Source of the DNA: an uncultured bacterium
GTDB lineage: Bacteria > Bacteroidota > Rhodothermia > Balneolales > DATFMH01
Assembly (NCBI GenBank): GCA_963783355.1
Contig: CAWANF010000013.1
Location: forward strand, 72,158-136,157
Direction of reading: 5' to 3'
Length of the DNA stretch: 64,000 bases
Shown: positions 50,676-60,995 of the stretch, in pieces
Numbering within the stretch: position 1 is the stretch's first letter
Layout of the letters: the number at the start of each line of letters is the position of its first letter
Program-made: the position numbers and the translations under genes
Notes under the pieces: generated by a model
The model's input: only the letters and a program-made list of their open reading frames with translations
Database searches by the model: none
What the model was told of the DNA's origin: nothing

Positions 50676-51760
50676 TTTTCCCCCTTAATAAATAGCTTGT
50701 CCCGAATGCTTTCGGGAGGGCGTAGGGGGTTGTTTAAACTAACGTCTTTTTCACCCCGAAGTATAGATGAATCATTATTAATATCGGATACCGGAATATA
50801 CCGACAAAACGGATATTCACAGACTAACACATAGGAATCGTCATCCCGCACTCTGATGCCTGTCCCGGACACTTTCGGGGCGGGATCTCCAATTATTGGA
50901 CCTTGCACCAAATATAGGATGAATCGAGATTTTCCCCCTTAATAAAGGGGGCGTAGGGGGTTGTTAATGCAACATTCTTTTCGTTTAGCAGAGTCACTCA
51001 GTGGCTCAAACAAAGGAAGTGTTATTACGATCCCGACTTATATATCGGGAGAAGTAATCTCCACACGTTGCAGGGGATATGCGGCGGAAGAGGTTTGCCC
51101 TGATCCATTGGCGGAACGTTCCACACATCGTCATGCTGAGCGGAGTCGAAGCATGGCGCAGTCGAAGCATGCGTCCCCTCTGTGGTTACTTTTCCCGTGT
51201 TCCATTAGAATATGAACCATGATTTATGGGATTTATTTGATTACCGGGATTAGGTTCACCAGATAAGTATTTGCTTCCGTTTAAATTCCCTCTGTGATAA
51301 CCTCTGTAAACTCTGCGGTTAATTCAGATTAACACAGGGAGATCCCGGCCCCGAAAGAGTACTGGACAGGCTTCTTCGGCCGGGATTACGTCATTGATGT
51401 GTCATTGCGAGGAACGATCCCGACTCCTGTCGGGAAGTGACGCGGTCAACGTTGCGCCATTCCCATAACGTTGCTAGTGGACTCACCATTACCCATCGGA
51501 AAAAGGTCAGGCATTAGGGGTCGCTTCGTCTCCCGACCAGTCGGGACTCGCGATGACACGATGCCCGTTTTTCCTCTGCGACCTCTGCGGTTACTTTAAC
51601 TAACGTCGGCTAAATGTCTGAATCACGGATTATAAAGATTATAGGATGGCACGGAAATAACCTGGATGGAATGGCGTGTAGGGTTGTTATACCGTAAATA
51701 AATTAGTCCGCGAAAACCAGTTTCTTCCCTGCCTGTCCGGTAGGCAGGCGCGTCGTCAGC
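50676..51760. repeat. mosaic of interspersed repeat modules between gmd and the sugar dehydrogenase gene
   Basis: TTTCCCCCTTAATAAA..GGGGCGTAGGGGGTTGTT at 50676-50736 and 50931-50966. GTCAT..ATCTCC family members at 50829-50880, 51021-51062 and 51338-51395. GTCATGCTGAGCGGAGTCGAAGCATG at 51130-51172. An 85-bp module at 51212-51296. Confidence 0.85.
51401..51557. repeat. 157-bp element with ~45-50-bp imperfect terminal inverted repeats (MITE-like long hairpin)
   Basis: The left arm GTCATTGCGAGGAACGATCCCGACTCCTGTCGGGAAGTGACGCGGTC matches the reverse complement of the right arm GGTCGCTTCGTCTCCCGACCAGTCGGGACTCGCGATGAC. Confidence 0.75.
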
Positions 51761-51960
51761 GTTCTATTCATGTAACAATAATATAAACAATAGTATAAAA
51801 TATTTATCGAACACATATTAAAATGTCATTTGAATAGTATTATCTTAATCTTATCACGATCAAAGTTTCGTTCAAAAAACAATAATAAATAAAACCTAAT
51901 TTTGTCTTGTACTCGTGTTGAATTAATTTGGAGTCAACCAGACAATCATGATAACTGTTT

Positions 51961-53289
51961 ATGAAACAAGAGATTATTAAGAAAATTAAAAACCGGGACT
52001 ATACCGTGGGTATAGTGGGATTGGGGTATGTGGGATTACCCCTTGCTCTAGCGTTTAATGATAAGAATTTTAAAATCATTGGTTTTGATATCGACGAAAA
52101 TAAGGTACAATCACTTGAAAAAGGAAAGAGCTACATTCGTCATATCAATGGGGACAAGATTAAGAAACTGAGTGAATCCAAATTAACCCGTTTCACCACG
52201 GATTTTTCAAAAATTTCCGAAGCCGATGCGGTCATAATGTGCGTACCTACACCACTCGATGATCATCGCGAGCCGGATATGAGTTATGTAGTCGATACGA
52301 CCAAAAGTATTGCTCCGTATCTGCGGAAAGGGCAATTGGTAAGCCTGGAATCGACAACCTATCCCGGAACCAGCGAAGAGGTGATTAAACCCATTTGTGA
52401 AGAGGCCTCCGGACTCAAAGCCGGGAAAGATTTTTATATTGCTTATAGCCCGGAACGCGAGGATCCGGGAAATCCAAATTTCTCGACGAATACCATTCCG
52501 AAAGTAGTTGGGGGAGACGGAGCCGATGCCCTTGAGATTGCAAATACCTTATATTCGGAGATTATTGTTCAAACGGTGCCGGTCAGTAATACCCGGACCG
52601 CCGAAGCGGTGAAGCTGCTGGAAAATATTTTCCGTTCGGTCAATATTGCCCTGGTGAATGAAATGAAAGTCGTTTTTCATGCAATGGATATAGATGTTCA
52701 TGAAGTAATTGATGCGGCAGCTACAAAACCCTTTGGATTCATGAAATTCACTCCGGGACCGGGACTCGGTGGACACTGCATCCCGATTGATCCTTTTTAC
52801 TTGACCTGGAAAGCCCGCGAATACGGATTAAATACCCGGTTTATTGAACTGGCTGGTGAGATCAACACCAATATGCCGCAGTATGTCATTAACAGGACAA
52901 TGGAGGCTCTGAATGCGCATAAGAAATCCATGAACGGAAGTAAGGTCTTAGTCTTAGGATTGGCTTATAAACCCAATGTGGACGATATGCGGGAATCTCC
53001 AACATTTCATATCCTGGATTTGCTGGAAAAATATGGGGCAAAGGCAGATTATTACGACAGCTATTTACCGGTTGTTGGTCCGACCCGGGAGCATGCTCAC
53101 TGGGCCGGGGTAAAATCGGTAAACTGGGATAAGAATACGGTTTCAGGTTATGATGCGGTGATTATATCCACCAATCATTCGGATATCAATTATAAAGAAC
53201 TGGCATCCTGGTCCGATTGCATCATCGATACCCGGAATGCGATGAAGGATATTTCGGGTAAAAACGATATTCATATCTGGAAAGCATGA
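51961..53289 (+). CDS. nucleotide-sugar dehydrogenase (UDP-glucose/GDP-mannose dehydrogenase family, WecC/TviB-like)
   Basis: 442 aa with an N-terminal 'VGIVGLGYVGLPLA' Rossmann motif and 'GGHCIPIDP' containing the catalytic Cys. Confidence 0.88.
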   Translation: MKQEIIKKIKNRDYTVGIVGLGYVGLPLALAFNDKNFKIIGFDIDENKVQSLEKGKSYIRHINGDKIKKLSESKLTRFTTDFSKISEADAVIMCVPTPLDDHREPDMSYVVDTTKSIAPYLRKGQLVSLESTTYPGTSEEVIKPICEEASGLKAGKDFYIAYSPEREDPGNPNFSTNTIPKVVGGDGADALEIANTLYSEIIVQTVPVSNTRTAEAVKLLENIFRSVNIALVNEMKVVFHAMDIDVHEVIDAAATKPFGFMKFTPGPGLGGHCIPIDPFYLTWKAREYGLNTRFIELAGEINTNMPQYVINRTMEALNAHKKSMNGSKVLVLGLAYKPNVDDMRESPTFHILDLLEKYGAKADYYDSYLPVVGPTREHAHWAGVKSVNWDKNTVSGYDAVIISTNHSDINYKELASWSDCIIDTRNAMKDISGKNDIHIWKA

Positions 53290-53290
53290 G

Positions 53291-53319
53291 CGAAATATGG
53301 CCGGAAAGGCCATATTTCG
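53291..53319 (+). terminator. 12-bp-stem hairpin immediately after the dehydrogenase stop codon
   Basis: CGAAATATGGCC-GGAAA-GGCCATATTTCG. There is no U-tract, so terminator function is uncertain. Confidence 0.45.
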
Positions 53320-53329
53320 AGAGTTGAGA

Positions 53330-53625
53330 GCTAAGTGTTAAGAGTTGAGTTGGGTATCTTATTCATGTATAAGATACTTGCTATGCCTATGGCAAGCTGG
53401 ATGAGGAAATATCTAAAAATCCGCGTGTATCCGTGGCTTTAATAAAAAGTGTCATTACAATGAGTATGTGAAGAAGTAATCTCCATTTAATGAAGCCACA
53501 GATCTACACGGATAAACACGGATTAGTATGTAGTATTTATTAAAATAGTAGGATTCTTGATTAGTACTAAGAGGCCATGTTAAAATTAAGGTGTCATGCT
53601 GAGCGGAGTCGAAGCATGACATGAC
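53330..53625. repeat. interspersed repeat modules
   Basis: GTCATTAC..GTAATCTCC at 53451-53484, a GCCACAGATCTACACGG module at ~53490-53525, and GTCATGCTGAGCGGAGTCGAAGCATGAC at 53593-53620. Confidence 0.8.
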
Positions 53626-53922
53626 ATTGGTTTTGCTTCCGGGGAATATTTCTCCTTAGGGAAGTCTTTAATAGAATAGAAGAGCTTCAGGAATCCGGCC
53701 GCTTCATAGGACTGTTGAACGGTACGGAGCAAAATATCGTGCAAGCCGGTAACAATTTATCTCCGGGATACAAAATATAAAAGCTGTTGTGAATAGCTTT
53801 CTTCTATCGTCGACAGTCCATTTTCCCCGTTATCTTTTCCCAAATAAAACAAAATTATAGTAGTCTTAAGCTAAGTTCCCTATATTTAAGCCTTGAAAAT
53901 TTTAAAGCTAAAGAACGCAGGG

Positions 53923-54662
53923 ATGTTAGAAATTATTAAAGAAATTGCACTGCAAGCCGGTGGAATAATAATGCAATATTATAGTAGTGAGTTTGAGATC
54001 AATACGAAAAAAGATCTTTCCCCGGTAACCAGTGCTGATTTAGATGCTGATAAGTATATTGTCAAAAAATTAAAAGATAATTTTCCGGATATACCGGTTA
54101 TTTCTGAAGAATCAGGAATACCCGATTATGAAGAAAGAAAACAGTGGACTCGATTTTGGCTAGTAGATCCATTGGATGGAACGAAAGAGTTCATCAATAA
54201 AAACGGAGAGTTTACAGTCAATATCGCCCTTGTTGAAAACGAAATTCCTGTATTAGGTGTCGTTTATGCTCCTGCGATGCAGGTTTTATATTATGCGGAA
54301 AAAGGAAAAGGTGCCTGGAAGATGGAGGATAATAAACAACCGGTTCAGATATTTTCTGAAAAAGCCCACAAGGATAAACCCTTACGCGTTGTGGAAAGCC
54401 GGTCTCATAAATCTAAAGAATTGGAGCAATTCCTTGCAAATTATCACATTTCTGAGAGAGTATCTGCCGGCAGTTCATTGAAATTTTGTGTTGTAGCAGA
54501 AAATAAAGCAGATATTTATCCCCGTCTGGGACCTACGATGGAATGGGATGTTGCCGCTGGTGATTGTGTCTATCGTTATTCAGCTAAGATGGGGTACATG
54601 TCACTGAGTTGAAGTATAATAAACCTGGCCTGAAGAACGCCGATTTTGTTATCGGTTTTTAA
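53923..54662 (+). pseudogene. cysQ: 3'(2'),5'-bisphosphate nucleotidase CysQ with a C-terminal frameshift
   Basis: 'WLVDPLDGTKEF' and 'WDVAAGD' motifs. After '..YSAK' (54583-54588) the conserved tail 'DGVHVTELKYNKPGLKNADFVIGF*' is in the next frame. This fits a 1-nt deletion at AAG|GAT. The start is taken at ATG 53923. Confidence 0.85.
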
Positions 54663-54711
54663 GATCCCGCTGTCCATATTCTGATTACCTGTTTAGTTGG
54701 ATTGATAAATA

Positions 54712-55317
54712 ATGAATAATAAAAAAAATATCGTTTGGTCCGACGGTTATATTAAGACAGAAGATTTTGAAAAAAAGAATGGGCATAAAAGCGCCGTTTT
54801 GTGGTTTACCGGGTTAAGTGGTTCCGGTAAGTCAACGATAGCACGTGCTGTTCAGCAACAATTATTTGAAAATGGTTGTCAGGTAATGGTTTTGGATGGG
54901 GATAATATTCGTCACGGACTGAATAGTGATTTATCTTTTACAAATGAAGGCAGAAAAGAAAATATCAGAAGAATATCTGAAGTAGCAAAATTATTTCAAC
55001 AGGCCGGTTTTATCGTTTTAACAGCTTTTATTTCGCCATATCGTGAAGACCGGAACAGGGCCCGGGAAATAATTGAACCCGCGCCTTTCCTGGAGATCTT
55101 TATAGATACCGATATTGAGACCTGTAAGAAAAGAGATCCCAAGGGCCTGTATAAAAAAGCCCTGAATAATGAAATTGATAATTTTACGGGAATATCGGCA
55201 CCCTATGAAAAACCGGAACATCCCGAATTGACCGTGCCGACTTCAGGACTGAGTGTAGAAGATTCCGCTCAATTAATTGTCAGACAACTGAAAGAGAAAC
55301 GCATAATTCCAGATTAA
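54712..55317 (+). CDS. cysC: adenylyl-sulfate (APS) kinase
   Basis: 201 aa with P-loop 'GLSGSGKST', 'LDGDNIRHGLN' and 'FISPYREDR'. Confidence 0.95.
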   Translation: MNNKKNIVWSDGYIKTEDFEKKNGHKSAVLWFTGLSGSGKSTIARAVQQQLFENGCQVMVLDGDNIRHGLNSDLSFTNEGRKENIRRISEVAKLFQQAGFIVLTAFISPYREDRNRAREIIEPAPFLEIFIDTDIETCKKRDPKGLYKKALNNEIDNFTGISAPYEKPEHPELTVPTSGLSVEDSAQLIVRQLKEKRIIPD

Positions 55318-55340
55318 TTTCAAAATAGCATATGTAAATT

Positions 55341-57110
55341 ATGATCTTCTGGATTACCCTGATTGTTTTGGTTTTAATGACGATTTTGCTGGCTTTCGAG
55401 ATAGCTGATTCTGCCTTCATTCTGTTTGGTGTGCTTATATTTTTTGCTTTAACTGGGATTATCACTCCCAAAGAAACTTTTTCGGGATTTTCCAATCAGG
55501 GAATGCTGGCAATAGGATTTCTATATGTTATCGCTTATGCCGTTCAATCGACTGGTTTTTTAAATGTTTTGGGAAAGAATATGCTGGGCCATCCGGATGA
55601 TTCTTCCCGAAAAAGGTTGCTTCGGTTCTTGTATCCCGTGGGTGCCGCGTCAGCTTTTATGAATAATACTCCGATTGTGGCATTATTTATTCCCGTCGTT
55701 AAGAAATGGTGCCGTCAGCATAATTTATCACCCAGCAAAATTCTACTGCCATTATCGTACGCAACGATTCTTGGAGGAACCTGTACCCTTATAGGAACGA
55801 GTACAAATCTTGTAGTACATGGTTTCTTGCTGGAAAAGGGATTGAAAGGTTTCTCATTTTTTGAGTTGGGTTTCGTTGGTTTGCCCTTAATGATTTTGGG
55901 AATCTTGTTCATTGTATTGGTCTTATATCGTTTTTTGCCCGATCGAAAGGATGCTATGATATCGCTGGGTGAGACGACCCGTGAATTTGTGGTGGCCCTG
56001 AAAGTAACCGATGAATATGAACACCAGGGAAACTCGGTTGAGGAAGCAGGTCTCCGGCATCTTCATGGATTATTCTTATTTCAGATTGAACGAAATGGGA
56101 CTAACATGACCCCGGTGAAGCCAACAGAGAATATTATGGTTGGTGACCGGTTATTTTTTACCGGGGTCCCTTCGACCATCGTGGAATTGCAAAAAGAGCC
56201 GGGTTTAGTGGTTTTAGAAAATATTGATTTTGATTTGAAAAATTACGATTCCAATAAAATCAAAACCTACGAGGTCGTGATTTCGAATAGTTCTCCACTG
56301 GTCGGACAGATGGTACGGGAAAGTGATTTTCGCGAGACATATGATGGAGTCATTTTAGCCATTCACCGAAACGGGCATCGGATTCAGAGTAAAATCGGGG
56401 ATATCATACTTCAGGAAGGGGATACGTTATTAATTTTAGCAACCAATGAATTCCATAACCGTTGGTATCATTCGAAAGATTTTTACCTGGTTTCAAATAG
56501 TGATGAGGTTTCTTCCCGTCCAAAAGCTCAGTCGATTATAATAATTGCCATACTTGCAGCCATGATTGTATCCGTGACTATCGGGTTGTTACCGATGGTT
56601 ATCGCGGCATCGTTAGCGGTGTTCCTGTTATTTTTGACGCGCAGCATCACGTATAAAGAAGCTTTTTCAGCTGTAAACTGGCGAATACTGATTCTCATTG
56701 CCTCTTCGTTTGGAATAGCAACAGCAATCGATAAATCCGGTTTGGCTTCAGTGGCGGCCAATGAATTAGTTCGGTTTACGTCGGGTTATGGAATGTTGGG
56801 CGTTATCGCAGCGGTGTTCTTTATAACGATGTTATATTCTCAGTTGGTGACGAACAGCGCTGCCGCGGCTATTATATTTCCGATTGCCTGGTCCATTGCG
56901 GTCAAATCGGGCGTACCTATAATGCCCATTGCTTATGCGGTTGTCTTTGGTGCTTCTGCGGGTTTTGCAACCCCGATTGGGTATCAGACCAACATCATGG
57001 TATATGGTCCGGGCGGTTATCGTTTTAAGGATTATCTGAAAGTGGGGATTCCATTAAGTCTGTTCGTTTGGATTATTGGAAGCTGGTTAATCTATGTGAA
57101 ATTTTATTAG
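55341..57110 (+). CDS. SLC13/DASS-family anion permease with central TrkA-C domains (probable sulfate transporter)
   Basis: 589 aa with multiple TM helices flanking a ~220-aa soluble region containing two TrkA-C-like repeats ('VGDRLFFTG', 'EGDTLLILA'). The genomic context lies between cysC and cysD. Confidence 0.8.
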   Translation: MIFWITLIVLVLMTILLAFEIADSAFILFGVLIFFALTGIITPKETFSGFSNQGMLAIGFLYVIAYAVQSTGFLNVLGKNMLGHPDDSSRKRLLRFLYPVGAASAFMNNTPIVALFIPVVKKWCRQHNLSPSKILLPLSYATILGGTCTLIGTSTNLVVHGFLLEKGLKGFSFFELGFVGLPLMILGILFIVLVLYRFLPDRKDAMISLGETTREFVVALKVTDEYEHQGNSVEEAGLRHLHGLFLFQIERNGTNMTPVKPTENIMVGDRLFFTGVPSTIVELQKEPGLVVLENIDFDLKNYDSNKIKTYEVVISNSSPLVGQMVRESDFRETYDGVILAIHRNGHRIQSKIGDIILQEGDTLLILATNEFHNRWYHSKDFYLVSNSDEVSSRPKAQSIIIIAILAAMIVSVTIGLLPMVIAASLAVFLLFLTRSITYKEAFSAVNWRILILIASSFGIATAIDKSGLASVAANELVRFTSGYGMLGVIAAVFFITMLYSQLVTNSAAAAIIFPIAWSIAVKSGVPIMPIAYAVVFGASAGFATPIGYQTNIMVYGPGGYRFKDYLKVGIPLSLFVWIIGSWLIYVKFY

Positions 57111-57237
57111 AATGATAATTATGGTCATGTAAACAAAATAAATTGATATATTTTTCTTAATTTCTTCTAATCAAGTTAGTGTAGAAATGACGAAAACAGA
57201 TTTTTTAGTTCTCTCTTCAAATATTAAAGTATAAGTA

Positions 57238-58143
57238 ATGCAACAATATAAATTAACGCACTTAAAGCAACTCGAAGCAGAAGCCATTCATATTATGCGG
57301 GAAGTGGCTGCTCAATTCGAACGTCCGGTATTATTGTTTTCCGGGGGTAAAGACTCGATTGTCATGGTTCGATTGGCACAAAAAGCTTTTTATCCTGCCC
57401 GGATTCCTTTTCCATTAATGCATATCGATACCGGGCACAACTTTGACGAAACGATTGAATTCCGGGATAACCTGGTTGAAAATCTGGGAGTTGAATTAAT
57501 CGTAAGAACGGTTCAGGAGTCCATTGATAAAGGACGTGCTGTGGAAGAAAAAGGGCCCAATCCAAGCCGTAATTCATTGCAAACCATTACATTACTTGAT
57601 GCTATTGAAGAATTTAAGTTCGATGCCGCATTTGGGGGGGCGCGCCGGGATGAAGAGAAAGCCCGTGCCAAAGAACGGTTTTTCTCCCACAGGGATGAAT
57701 TTGGCCAGTGGGATCCCAAAAATCAGCGTCCGGAACTCTGGAATTTATACAACGGACGTAAGCATATTGGCGAACATTTCAGGGTTTTTCCACTCAGTAA
57801 CTGGACAGAGATGGACGTATGGCAGTATATCGCTGCTGAAAATCTGGATATTCCGGAAATCTATTTCTCCCATAACCGCGAAGTTGTAGAGAGGGATGGC
57901 GTATTATTAGCTAAATCAGATTTCATAACATTGGCAGAAGATGAAGATTTTGAAATCAGAACCATTCGATTCAGAACGGTTGGTGATATGACTTGCACCG
58001 GGGCTGTGGAATCGGAAGCAGCCAATGTGGAAGATATTATCCAGGAAGTCGCTTCAGCGAGAGTAACGGAACGAGGCGGACGTGCCGATGATAAACGATC
58101 AGAAGCAGCCATGGAGGAACGGAAAAAAATTGGATATTTCTGA
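57238..58143 (+). CDS. cysD: sulfate adenylyltransferase subunit 2
   Basis: 301 aa with 'LFSGGKDS' (PP-loop) and 'RDEEKARAKERFFS'. Confidence 0.95.
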   Translation: MQQYKLTHLKQLEAEAIHIMREVAAQFERPVLLFSGGKDSIVMVRLAQKAFYPARIPFPLMHIDTGHNFDETIEFRDNLVENLGVELIVRTVQESIDKGRAVEEKGPNPSRNSLQTITLLDAIEEFKFDAAFGGARRDEEKARAKERFFSHRDEFGQWDPKNQRPELWNLYNGRKHIGEHFRVFPLSNWTEMDVWQYIAAENLDIPEIYFSHNREVVERDGVLLAKSDFITLAEDEDFEIRTIRFRTVGDMTCTGAVESEAANVEDIIQEVASARVTERGGRADDKRSEAAMEERKKIGYF

Positions 58144-58149
58144 GAAGGA

Positions 58150-58370
58150 CGATAGACCACGGACGATGGACGACAGGTTTGGATATGGGAGTATTTGATT
58201 TATTGAGACTATCTAAAAAATGCTAATTTGAATAAGGAAATCTAAAGAATAAAATGAAAAGCAGTTTTATATCAGGTTACCTTATTTCCCCCTTAAAAAA
58301 GGGGGCGTAGGGGGTTGTTTAAGAACTGACGACCAAATAAAATTACCTATCGGTAGGCAGGAACGACAAA
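58150..58370. repeat. repeat modules in the cysD-cysN gap
   Basis: CCACGGACGATGGACGAC at ~58157, TTTCCCCCTTAAAAAAGGGGGCGTAGGGGGTTGTT at 58285-58322, and CGGTAGGCAGGAACGAC at ~58350. Confidence 0.8.
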
Positions 58371-58400
58371 CCGTTTATATGATTTAGCATAAATTAAATT

Positions 58401-58817
58401 ATGTCATTTAAATTTGAAAAATTGAAGATTTGGCAATTATCACTCGATTATATCGATCAAATTTATATGGTTGTTTCTAAATTGCCTGATTCAGAAAAGT
58501 TCAACTTGTCATCACAATTGAGAAGAGCAGCAACTTCAATTGCACTAAATATTGCGGAAGGTTCTACCGGTCAAACTAATGCAGAACAGGCTCGATTTTT
58601 AAGTATAGCACTTCGTTCTTTGATAGAAACAGTTGCTTGCATTAAAATTATTGATCGAAATAAATATGTTAGTCGAAGTGAATTATAAAAGATTGAAAAT
58701 TTTGCTGAAAGATTAGCTATAAAAATACAGGCTATGAGAAAATCATTGATTAAAAGAAATTCCAAGACTAATGAAGATGTTTTACTTTATCATAACTTCC
58801 CTGATGATAAATCATAA
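58401..58817 (+). pseudogene. four-helix-bundle protein (23S rRNA IVS / Avd-like family) with an in-frame TAA
   Basis: 'KIWQLSLDYIDQIY..LP..EKFNLSSQLRRAATSIALNIAEGS' matches the family. The ORF stops at TAA 58686-58688, but the same frame continues with a family-like C-terminal helix 'KIENFAERLAIKIQAMRKSLIK' to 58817. Confidence 0.75.
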
Positions 58818-58921
58818 CCAAAGTAAAAGGTAAGAACGAAAGCCGTTGTCTGTTGTCCATGGTCTATGGTCATTAACTTAATTATACTCATTTTAAATTA
58901 TTAACAATACAAAACAATCTG

Positions 58922-60208
58922 ATGCAACAACCAAAACAACCGAATCTTGAAAATGCCTATTTAAACATGGATTTACTCCGGTTTACGACCGCAGGAAGCG
59001 TGGATGATGGAAAGAGTACCTTAATAGGCCGGTTGCTATACGATTCAAAAGCTATTTTTGAAGATCAATTAGAAGCCATTGAACGCAGCAGTAAACAAAA
59101 AGGGGATGGCTATACGAACCTGGCATTATTAACGGATGGACTAAGTGCCGAGCGGGAACAGGGTATAACCATTGATGTAGCTTATCGTTACTTTTCGACC
59201 CCTAAAAGAAAATTCATCATTGCAGATACTCCCGGGCACATACAGTACACCCGGAATATGGTCACCGGTGCCTCAACGGCTAACCTGGCGGTTATTTTAG
59301 TGGATTCCCGCAAAGGATTAGTTGAACAAACATGCCGGCATTCGTTCATAGCCTCTTTGCTGCAGATCAAACACCTGGTATTCTGTATCAATAAAATGGA
59401 CCTGGTTGATTACAACGAAGAACGATATAACGAAATTAAAAAGGATCTGGAAGATTTTTCTTCAAAGATGGATATCCCGGATATCCATTATATCCCGATT
59501 AGTGCTCTTTATGGGGACAATGTGGTCGAGAAATCCGATAAGATGCCCTGGTATAAAGGTCCCACGCTGTTATATACGCTTGAAAATGTGCAAATTACAA
59601 GTGATCTGAATCATGTGGATTGCCGTTTTCCGGTGCAATACGTAATTCGTCCCCAGTCGAATGAATTTCATGATTTCAGAGGCTATGCCGGAAAAATTGA
59701 AGGAGGAGTCTTTAAACCGGGTGATGATGTCATTGCCCTGCCGTCTGGCTTCCCCAGTAAAGTAAAAAATATTGAATCCATAGGGGAAAATTACGATGAA
59801 GCGTATGCCCCGATGTCGGTTGTTATGACACTGGAAGATGATATTGATATCAGCAGGGGAGATATGATTGTGAAACCGACCAATCAGCCCAATGTGGGAC
59901 AGGATATTGATTTGATGATTTGTTGGTTAAATCCAAAGCCTTTAAATAATGGCGGGAAGTATGTAATCCGGCATACGACCAAAGAAGCCCGCTGCATCAT
60001 CAAGGATGTGCGTTATAAGGTAAATATTAATACCCTGCACAGAATTGAAGATGATAAAAAAATCGGTTTGAATGATATCGGCCGGATTTTAATTCGTACT
60101 ACTGAGCCGCTCTTTTACGACAGTTATAAGAAAAATCGCCAGACAGGTAGTGTGATTCTGGTAGATGAGTTTACCAATGAAACTGTAGGCGCCGGAATGA
60201 TTATCTAA
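58922..60208 (+). CDS. cysN: sulfate adenylyltransferase subunit 1 (GTPase)
   Basis: 428 aa with 'GSVDDGKSTLIGRLL', 'DTPGH' and 'NKMDL' G-motifs. No fused APS-kinase domain. Confidence 0.95.
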   Translation: MQQPKQPNLENAYLNMDLLRFTTAGSVDDGKSTLIGRLLYDSKAIFEDQLEAIERSSKQKGDGYTNLALLTDGLSAEREQGITIDVAYRYFSTPKRKFIIADTPGHIQYTRNMVTGASTANLAVILVDSRKGLVEQTCRHSFIASLLQIKHLVFCINKMDLVDYNEERYNEIKKDLEDFSSKMDIPDIHYIPISALYGDNVVEKSDKMPWYKGPTLLYTLENVQITSDLNHVDCRFPVQYVIRPQSNEFHDFRGYAGKIEGGVFKPGDDVIALPSGFPSKVKNIESIGENYDEAYAPMSVVMTLEDDIDISRGDMIVKPTNQPNVGQDIDLMICWLNPKPLNNGGKYVIRHTTKEARCIIKDVRYKVNINTLHRIEDDKKIGLNDIGRILIRTTEPLFYDSYKKNRQTGSVILVDEFTNETVGAGMII

Positions 60209-60995
60209 TTAAAAAAGAGTTACAAAGTTATAAGGCACAAAGATGCAAAGTTAATATGTTATAGGATGGTATAAATTTATTGAGGATTTCATTTCCCTTG
60301 ATATTTATATGTTTCTGGGCAATAATCGTCTGTCGTCTGCCGTCTAATGGTCAATTTACATAAGCATCTGGTCAACATATTAAAGCATATGAATAAGAAA
60401 AGAGACACCAGAATAAATTTTTAAGTCATGCTGAGCGGAGTCGAAGCGTCGTATTTTTGTTGGATAGTATGATTGAGAAAATTAGCTCTCGTTTGGTCTT
60501 ATAAATATTAAATCTTGTGCCCCTTTTGTATTGACGCAAAAGGGGTTGAAAAAATCAAGAACCAATGAACTCGCCAGGTTGTTGCCGTACAAAATCCCTG
60601 GCAATGCGTAGAACCATTCCGGCTCAGACAAAATTGGTTCGGATTTTCGGGAGTAAGCGTTGAACGATGGTTATTAGTATTAGATTTAATGGTGTTATAG
60701 TTGGTTAGTTGACAGTTCACAACTTTCAGCTGTCAGTGGCCGATTCAAATCTGAAAAACATTGATACAGTATGTATTCCCAGGATTGCCTTAAAATGTTT
60801 AACCACTCCTAAGCAACTACCGTCTACCGACCACGGTCCACAGTCTACAAAATCCTGTGGTCCGTCGTCTGTCGTCCGTTGTCCAATAATAATTTTTTTC
60901 CCAAAGCCTTCTCACCGGTTTCCATCCATCCTTAAAATTCGTATTATTAGCACTTAATATGTGCGTGCCAGATTTAACCTATAGTATCACACAAC

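Noticed and set aside
60508-60720. 70-aa minus-strand ORF, plus a nearby 9-bp-stem hairpin CCCCTTTTG..CAAAAGGGG (~60521-60546), in the cysN-wzz gap. Could be a small gene or an ncRNA.
   Set aside because: There is a single copy in the window, no recognisable protein motifs and no Rfam-like family I can name. It resembles generic Bacteroidota intergenic filler. Noted but unsupported.
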